Both the position numbers and the translations under genes were made by a program. From the NCBI GenBank assembly GCA_965277285.1, contig OZ255721.1, positions 2,496,001 through 2,560,000 of the forward strand: a DNA stretch of 64,000 nt. Reading direction: 5' to 3'. Position 1 is the first letter of the stretch; every line of letters begins with the position of its first letter. The notes under the pieces were generated by a model, which did no database searches, was not told where the DNA came from, and was given only the letters and a program-made list of their open reading frames with translations. Positions 58,267-64,000 of the stretch are shown one piece after another. Source of the stretch: Abditibacteriaceae bacterium (GTDB taxonomy: Bacteria > Armatimonadota > Abditibacteriia > Abditibacteriales > Abditibacteriaceae).

Positions 58267-59721
58267 ATGCTTCTCACACTTTCCAGTACTCGATTTGACG
58301 ACCGACATCCGGCGCGCGACTTTGGTTTTCTGCTGCACAAAAACCCCGAGCGTGCGCAAACCTTCGACTTGTCGTTTGGGCAGGCGCACGTTTTTTATCC
58401 GCAGGCCGATGATGAGCGTTGCACTTGCGCGATGCTGCTCGACATCGACACCGTGCGGTTGGTGCGCAAACGCGACGGTCAAACGATGGATCAATACGTC
58501 AACGACCGTCCTTATGTCGCCAGTTCGTTTCTCAGCGTCGCCATCGCGCAGGTTTTCCGTGACGCGTTAAGCGGAAAAAGCCGCGAGCGCGCTGAACTGG
58601 TAAATGAAAAATGGCCGTTTCAAATGTCGTTGCCAGTTGTTCCCTCGCGCGGTGGCGAAGAACTTTTGCGCCGTCTTTTTGAGCCTTTCGAGTACTCGAT
58701 TACAGTCAAGCAGTTGCCGTTGGACGAACGCTTTTCGCAATGGGGCGAAAGCTCGTATTTCTCGCTCGACTTGAACGGAACGGTTCGATTGCGCGATTTG
58801 CTGTCGCACCTTTACGTGCTTTTGCCGGTTTTAGACGACGACAAACATTACTGGGTCGGCGACGATGAAGTGCAAAAACTGCTGGAGCGCGGCGAAGGTT
58901 GGTTGCGCGAACATCCGGCGCGCGACCTTATTGTTGATCGTTATTTGCGCCGTCGTCGTGTTTTGACGCGCGCCGCATTTGAACAATTGACGCGCGATGA
59001 AATTGTGGAAGAAAATGAGCCAGCCGAATCAACGGACGACAACGGATCGAACGAGCAAGCAGCGACAAACGAGCAAGCAAAAGAAGCGGTCGAAAAGCCG
59101 CTGGGTTTGCATGAGCAACGTTTGCAGGCTGTGACGAACGAATTGAAAGCGTCAGGCGCACATCGCGTACTCGATCTGGGTTGCGGTGAAGGCAAATTGT
59201 TGCGCCATTTGATGAAGGAAAAGCAGTTCGCGGAAATTGTTGGCATGGACGTTTCGCATCGCGCTTTGGAAGTCACGCGCGACAAACTGCGCTTCGACCG
59301 AATGCCGCCGATGCAACAAAAGCGAATTTCTTTGATGCAAGGTTCTTTGACTTATCGTGATGCGCGTTTGGAAGGTTTCGATGCGGCAGCCGTTGTCGAA
59401 GTCGTGGAACATTTAGAGCCAAGTCGTTTGGCCGCTTTCGAGCGCGTTTTGTGGGAGTTCGCGCGCCCGCAAACTGTTGTTTTGACGACGCCCAACCGCG
59501 ATTACAATGCGCACTGGGAAACGCTTCCCAGTGGACAAATGCGCCACAAAGACCATCGTTTCGAGTGGTCGCGCGACGAGTTTCAAACTTGGGCACAAAG
59601 TGTCGCGCAACGTTTCGGCTACAGCGTGCGCTTGGAATCGATTGGTGAAGTAGACGGCAATTTGGGTTCGCCTTCGCAAATGGCGGTTTTTACACGTGAG
59701 GAAAATGATGCAATCGTTTGA
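58267..59721 (+). CDS. hen1: 3'-terminal RNA ribose 2'-O-methyltransferase Hen1
   Basis: MLLT..., GFLLHKNP, YVNDRPY, LLPVLDDDKHYWVG, VLDLGCGEG, EVVEH, TTPN and RHKDHRFEW motifs. Confidence 0.95.
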   Translation: MLLTLSSTRFDDRHPARDFGFLLHKNPERAQTFDLSFGQAHVFYPQADDERCTCAMLLDIDTVRLVRKRDGQTMDQYVNDRPYVASSFLSVAIAQVFRDALSGKSRERAELVNEKWPFQMSLPVVPSRGGEELLRRLFEPFEYSITVKQLPLDERFSQWGESSYFSLDLNGTVRLRDLLSHLYVLLPVLDDDKHYWVGDDEVQKLLERGEGWLREHPARDLIVDRYLRRRRVLTRAAFEQLTRDEIVEENEPAESTDDNGSNEQAATNEQAKEAVEKPLGLHEQRLQAVTNELKASGAHRVLDLGCGEGKLLRHLMKEKQFAEIVGMDVSHRALEVTRDKLRFDRMPPMQQKRISLMQGSLTYRDARLEGFDAAAVVEVVEHLEPSRLAAFERVLWEFARPQTVVLTTPNRDYNAHWETLPSGQMRHKDHRFEWSRDEFQTWAQSVAQRFGYSVRLESIGEVDGNLGSPSQMAVFTREENDAIV

Positions 59722-60445
59722 GGAAAAACAGAAGGCGCTGCAAACGGCAATTGAAAAGTTATACGATGCGTTTTCTTCGTATCCGTTGCGCGCACCTGTT
59801 GAAAGCTGCCCGTGTTGCGTGACGAGCGAAGACAAAAAACGCTTGGTTTCCAAGCCGTTGCGCCAATTGGAAGAAGACGATTTGAGGCGTTACTCAACAA
59901 AAGCCATGACGACTTGGGGCGATAAAAACGACTTCAAGCATTTTCTGCCGCGTATTTTGGACTTGTTAGCAACAGGACATCTTTTAGGATCTGGCGCTGA
60001 TTTTTTACCAAACAAGTTGAACTACGCCGAATGGCAAATGTGGCCCGAAGACGAGAAAAATGCTATTCAAGGGTTCTTGCTGGCGTTGTGGAACTTTGTT
60101 TTGGACGGCGGCAGAACGGGCGATGTCGCTGACAACTGGATTGATAGTATTTCTCAAGTTGTGAGTGATTTGGCGCCCTTTCTTCAGGCTTGGGAGCAAA
60201 ACAATTCGGCTGAAGCCTATGATCTTTTGCTGGATTTCTGCGCCGGTTATGATATGTCGCCAAGGGCGTCGCAAGTGCAAAGTTGGATGAAGAGCGACCA
60301 ACTTTTGCAACTTTTCGAGAAGCGATTTGATGAAGCCGAAAACGAAGAACAATCGGATGTCTTCGCGCAAATTGTGGATGCTCTAACGAACTTTCGCTAT
60401 ATCGCGCAAGTAAAGGAAAACCATGACGCACACCGTTCATATTGA
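59705..60445 (+). CDS. Hypothetical protein with an N-terminal CPCC motif, inside the RNA-repair operon
   Basis: LYDAFSSYP...SCPCC, AMTTWG..NDFKHFLPR; overlaps both neighbours. Confidence 0.75.
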   Translation: MMQSFEEKQKALQTAIEKLYDAFSSYPLRAPVESCPCCVTSEDKKRLVSKPLRQLEEDDLRRYSTKAMTTWGDKNDFKHFLPRILDLLATGHLLGSGADFLPNKLNYAEWQMWPEDEKNAIQGFLLALWNFVLDGGRTGDVADNWIDSISQVVSDLAPFLQAWEQNNSAEAYDLLLDFCAGYDMSPRASQVQSWMKSDQLLQLFEKRFDEAENEEQSDVFAQIVDALTNFRYIAQVKENHDAHRSY

Positions 60446-61196
60446 GGATCGAGTACTCGAAACCTTGCGCGCTGAAGTGCAATCGCAGCCGCATCGCTTG
60501 CTGTTCGTGACAATCAGCGGCGCGCACGCCTATGGTTTTCCGTCGCCTGATTCCGACTTCGATTTGCGTGGTGCACACGTTTTTCCGCTGCAACAAATCG
60601 TCGGCTTGAATACGCCGCGCGAAACGCTGGAAATCTCGCGCGAACGCGACGGCGAGCACATGGATTTGGTGACGCACGACGTTCATAAATACTTTCGCCT
60701 GCTGCTCAAACACAGCGGTTACGTGCTGGAACAAATCGTCTCGCCGCTGATAATTGTGTCCAGTCCCGAACATGAGGAACTGATCGACATTGCGCGGCGC
60801 AGCGTGGCGAAGTTGCACGCCAAGCATTATTTCGGTTTCGCGCACAATCAGTGGAAGATGTTCGAGCGCAAAACGCCGCATCGCGTCAAGCCACTGCTTT
60901 ATATTTATCGCGTTTTGCTTTCCGGCATTCACTTGATGAAAAGCGGCGAAATCGAAACCAATTTGCTGGTTTTGAACGACGAATTTGGTTCCTCACAAGT
61001 GCGCGATTTGATCGCGCTCAAAACCGCCGAAAGCGAAGTCACGCATTTGCCGAACCCCGATTTGTCGTTTTATCGCGCGGAATATGAGCGTTTGCAAAAC
61101 ACCTTGCGCGAAGCCGAATCGAGTACTCGATTGCCGCCAACGTGCGACATCCGCGACGAACTAAACGATTTACTGCTGCGCTTGCGCCTGAATTAA
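60423..61196 (+). CDS. Pol-beta-like nucleotidyltransferase (RlaP / Nuc-transf family)
   Basis: SGAHAYGFPSPDSDFDLRG, GYVLEQ and KPLLY..RVLLSGIHLM motifs. Confidence 0.88.
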   Translation: MTHTVHIEDRVLETLRAEVQSQPHRLLFVTISGAHAYGFPSPDSDFDLRGAHVFPLQQIVGLNTPRETLEISRERDGEHMDLVTHDVHKYFRLLLKHSGYVLEQIVSPLIIVSSPEHEELIDIARRSVAKLHAKHYFGFAHNQWKMFERKTPHRVKPLLYIYRVLLSGIHLMKSGEIETNLLVLNDEFGSSQVRDLIALKTAESEVTHLPNPDLSFYRAEYERLQNTLREAESSTRLPPTCDIRDELNDLLLRLRLN

Positions 61197-61290
61197 CGAA
61201 CCCAGAGCGTAAGCGACGGGTGTTGCGTAAGAATTACATCGAATTCTTACGCAACACCCGTCGCTTACGCTCTGGGTTCGTTGAAGAACC

Positions 61291-63822
61291 ATGAAAATTA
61301 CCCTTCCCGAATTGTCGTTTGTTGTGCTCATTGGCGCGTCCGGCGCGGGCAAATCGAGCTTTGCGCGCCAGCATTTTCTGCCAACTGAAACGCTGTCGTC
61401 CGATTTTTGTCGCGGCCTGGTTTCGGACGATGAAAACAGTCTGGAGGCGACCAACGACGCGTTTGAAACCTTGCATTACATCGCGGCCAAGCGTTTAAGT
61501 CGCGGGCTTTTGACGGTTGTCGATGCGACCAACGTGCAAGCTGAATCGCGGGCGCCTTTGGTGGCCTTGGCGAAGAAGTTTCATGTTTTGCCGTGCGCGA
61601 TTGTCCTGAATATGCCGGAAGAAGTTTGCATCGAGCGCAACCAATCGCGCTCTGATCGCAACTTTGGGCCGCATGTTGTGCGCAATCATGCGCGCGCTTT
61701 GCGACGTTCTTTGCGCGGCTTGAAGCGCGAAGGCTTTCGTCACATCTTCATTTTGAACTCGCTCGAAGAAATCGAAAACGCGACTATTGAGCGTCAGCCT
61801 TTGTGGAACAACAAGCGCGATCAACACGGCCCATTCGACATCATCGGCGATGTTCACGGTTGTGGCGATGAACTGGAAACGCTACTTCGAGTACTCGATT
61901 ACGAAAACAGCGACGGTGTGTGGAAACATCCGCAACGTCGCGCCATTTTCGTCGGCGATTTGGTGGATCGCGGGCCGCGCGTCGTCGATGTCTTGAACAT
62001 CGTAATAGAAATGTGCGCGGCTGGAAATGCTTTGTGTGTTCCGGGCAATCACGATAAAAAGCTGCTGGAAAAACTCAACGGCAAAAACGTGAAAGTCGCG
62101 CACGGTCTGGCTGAAACATTGGCGCAAATCGAAGATCAAAGCGACGAATGGAAAGCGCGCACTAAGAAGTTTTTGGACGCTTTGGTCAGTCATTACGTGT
62201 TCGATGATGGCAATTTGGTTGTCGCGCACGCGGGCATGAAAGCCGAAATGCAAGGTCGCGGTTCGGGCGCGGTGCGTTCGTTCGCACTTTACGGCGAAAC
62301 GACGGGCGAAACCGACGAGTTCGGCTTGCCGGTTCGTTATCCATGGGCGAAAGAATATCGCGGCAGTGCGACGGTGGTTTACGGTCACACGCCCGTTCCC
62401 GAACCGGAATGGCTCAACAACACCATCAACATCGATACGGGCTGCGTTTTCGGCGGCAAATTGGCGGCACTTCGCTATCCCGAACGCGAAATCGTATCAG
62501 TGCAAGCCGAACGTGTTTATGCGGAACCGGCGCGACCATTTTTAGACGAATCGAGTACTCGAAATGCGCAACACGAGCACGACGATGTTTTAGATTTGGC
62601 CGATGTCACGGGAAAACGCATCGTTCACACGCGTTTGGTGCCCAGCGTGACGATCCGCGAAGAAAACTCGATTGCCGCTTTGGAAGTGATGAGCCGTTTC
62701 GCGGCTGACCCGAAATGGCTGATTTATTTGCCGCCCACCATGTCGCCCAGCGAAACCAGCAAGCGCGATGGTTTTCTCGAATATCCCTCTGAAGCGTTTG
62801 GTTATTTCGCGTCTCAAGGCGTTGAAAAAGTCGTCTGCGAAGAAAAGCACATGGGTTCGCGCGCGGTTGTCGTCGTGTGCCGCGATGAAGAAGTCGCGCG
62901 CCGTCGTTTCGGCGTCACAAATGGCGAAAGTGGCATCATCACGACGCGCACCGGACGCAAGTTTTTCAACGACCAAACGTTGGAAAACGCGCTGCTGCAA
63001 CGTGTTCGTCAGGGCATTGGCCGCGCCGGTTTGTGGGATAGTTTGCAAACCGATTGGCTTTGTCTCGACTGCGAATTGATGCCGTGGTCGGCTAAAGCGC
63101 AGGAATTATTGCAGCGCCAATACGCGCCCGTTGGAACCGCTGCTACGCATTCGTTGCAAGCCGCCGTTCGAGTACTCGATGTAGCCGCCGCCAACGGTTT
63201 GGACGTCTCAACGTTGCGCCAAAGTCTTCACGAGCGCGAGCAAATGGCGCACGATTATGTGGCGGCTTATCAGCGCTATTGCTGGGATGTGCAAAGCATC
63301 GAAGATTACAAACTGGCGCCGTTTCATTTGCTGGCGAGCGAAGGACAGGTTCACACAGACAAAAATCACGTCTGGCACATGGAAACCTTGAAAACGTTGT
63401 GCGAAGGCGACGATATTTTGCTGCAAACGCCGTATCGAGTACTCGAATTGAACGACGCAGAACAAGTCGAAAGCGCGATTGCATGGTGGGAAGAACTAAC
63501 GGGCAAAGGCGGCGAAGGCATGGTCGTCAAGCCTTTGGGTTTTGTGGTGCGCGGCGAAAAAGGCTTGGTTCAACCAGCGGTGAAATGTCGTGGGCGCGAA
63601 TATTTGCGCATCATTTACGGCTTGGATTACACACGCCAAGAAAACCTAAGTCGCTTGCGCTCACGCGGTCTGGGAGCCAAACGTTCGTTGGCTGTGCGCG
63701 AGTTTGCGCTGGGAATCGAAGCGTTGGAACGTTTCGTGGCGAAAGAGCCGTTGCGCCGCGTTCACGAATGTGTCTTCGGCGTGCTGGCGATGGAAAGCGA
63801 GCCAGTCGATCCGCGCTTGTGA
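61291..63822 (+). CDS. pnkp: Polynucleotide kinase-phosphatase-ligase Pnkp
   Basis: Kinase GASGAGKS and DATN; metallophosphoesterase GDVHG, GDLVDRG, GNH; ligase EEKHMGSR, GEGMVVKP and C-terminal EPVDPRL. Confidence 0.96.
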   Translation: MKITLPELSFVVLIGASGAGKSSFARQHFLPTETLSSDFCRGLVSDDENSLEATNDAFETLHYIAAKRLSRGLLTVVDATNVQAESRAPLVALAKKFHVLPCAIVLNMPEEVCIERNQSRSDRNFGPHVVRNHARALRRSLRGLKREGFRHIFILNSLEEIENATIERQPLWNNKRDQHGPFDIIGDVHGCGDELETLLRVLDYENSDGVWKHPQRRAIFVGDLVDRGPRVVDVLNIVIEMCAAGNALCVPGNHDKKLLEKLNGKNVKVAHGLAETLAQIEDQSDEWKARTKKFLDALVSHYVFDDGNLVVAHAGMKAEMQGRGSGAVRSFALYGETTGETDEFGLPVRYPWAKEYRGSATVVYGHTPVPEPEWLNNTINIDTGCVFGGKLAALRYPEREIVSVQAERVYAEPARPFLDESSTRNAQHEHDDVLDLADVTGKRIVHTRLVPSVTIREENSIAALEVMSRFAADPKWLIYLPPTMSPSETSKRDGFLEYPSEAFGYFASQGVEKVVCEEKHMGSRAVVVVCRDEEVARRRFGVTNGESGIITTRTGRKFFNDQTLENALLQRVRQGIGRAGLWDSLQTDWLCLDCELMPWSAKAQELLQRQYAPVGTAATHSLQAAVRVLDVAAANGLDVSTLRQSLHEREQMAHDYVAAYQRYCWDVQSIEDYKLAPFHLLASEGQVHTDKNHVWHMETLKTLCEGDDILLQTPYRVLELNDAEQVESAIAWWEELTGKGGEGMVVKPLGFVVRGEKGLVQPAVKCRGREYLRIIYGLDYTRQENLSRLRSRGLGAKRSLAVREFALGIEALERFVAKEPLRRVHECVFGVLAMESEPVDPRL

Positions 63823-63942
63823 AGTTAATAGCCACAAAGAGCACAAAGGACACAAAGAAAAAGAAACGCTTGTTGAGCAATCTCCCATTTTTCTTTGTGT
63901 CCTTTGTGCTCTTTGTGGCTATTGAAGCGACTATATAGAAGA

Positions 63943-64000
63943 TCAGCTTGACGACTTGGCCGCACGCTCAATCGCCTGCGCGTGACCGGGCAACTCTTCC
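63943..64000 (-). CDS. 3' end of a gene entering from beyond the window (weak resemblance to the HisD C-terminus)
   Basis: Minus strand reads EELPGHAQAIERAAKSSS*; too short to assign. Confidence 0.25.
   Translation of the reverse strand, partial: EELPGHAQAIERAAKSSS

Larger units (their letters stand above)
395..63446. repeat. Dispersed 12-bp palindrome TCGAGTACTCGA (about 56 exact copies plus about 15 near-matches)
   Basis: Exact copies start at 395, 2059, 2571, 2888, 3684, 4348, 8682, 9315, 10377, 12885, 13464, 13975, 14927, 16031, 17776, 18688, 18744, 19891, 20454, 21463, 22762, 23368, 26144, 27578, 28544, 29722, 30390, 31428, 31759, 32375, 33175, 36792, 37398, 38080, 39114, 41925, 43213, 45941, 46872, 48218, 49303, 50973, 51456, 53153, 54246, 54955, 55846, 56220, 57240, 58688, 60449, 61119, 61887, 62551, 63168, 63435 (manual count). 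Confidence 0.98.

Noticed and set aside
395..63446. The 12-mer as a cloning linker or assembly-joining artefact
   Set aside because: Copies preserve reading frames in many intact genes, occur with degenerate variants and are built into paired hairpin stems. An artefact is unlikely, though raw reads were not available to check.

Overview
Bacterial chromosomal window, mostly housekeeping genes. It carries McsB/McsA, CsaB/DUF5693 and RqcH together with an outer-membrane porin, which suggests a diderm Terrabacteria lineage such as Abditibacteriota/Armatimonadota (inference only). Recognisable genes: csaB, dusB, coaX, mcsA/mcsB, ilvE, aroC, GH125 and GH2 hydrolases, a phoR-porin-pstS-pstS-pstC-pstA-pstB-phoU cluster with 11-bp-phased TTAA boxes, efp, rqcH, tRNA-Asn and a Hen1/RlaP-like/Pnkp RNA-repair operon. 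There is also an orphan BREX-like pair (DUF6079-type ATPase plus BrxA-like protein), a phosphatase/HipA-like kinase/DUF3037 module and SMI1/KNR4 genes. Three signals stand out. (1) A 12-bp palindrome, TCGAGTACTCGA, occurs about 56 times by manual count (roughly one per 1.1 kb), inside genes in all three frames and precisely at gene junctions. (2) A small SEC-C zinc-knuckle gene missed by the ORF track can only be completed through successive +1 shifts at UUU codons. (3) An Asn-rich leader peptide with mutually exclusive terminator/antiterminator stems sits directly upstream of tRNA-Asn and the RNA-repair operon. At least four families of REP/MITE-like intergenic palindromes are present, some nested. 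No CRISPR array, rRNA or intact transposase was seen. All calls come from reading the sequence and recognising motifs; no searches were run.
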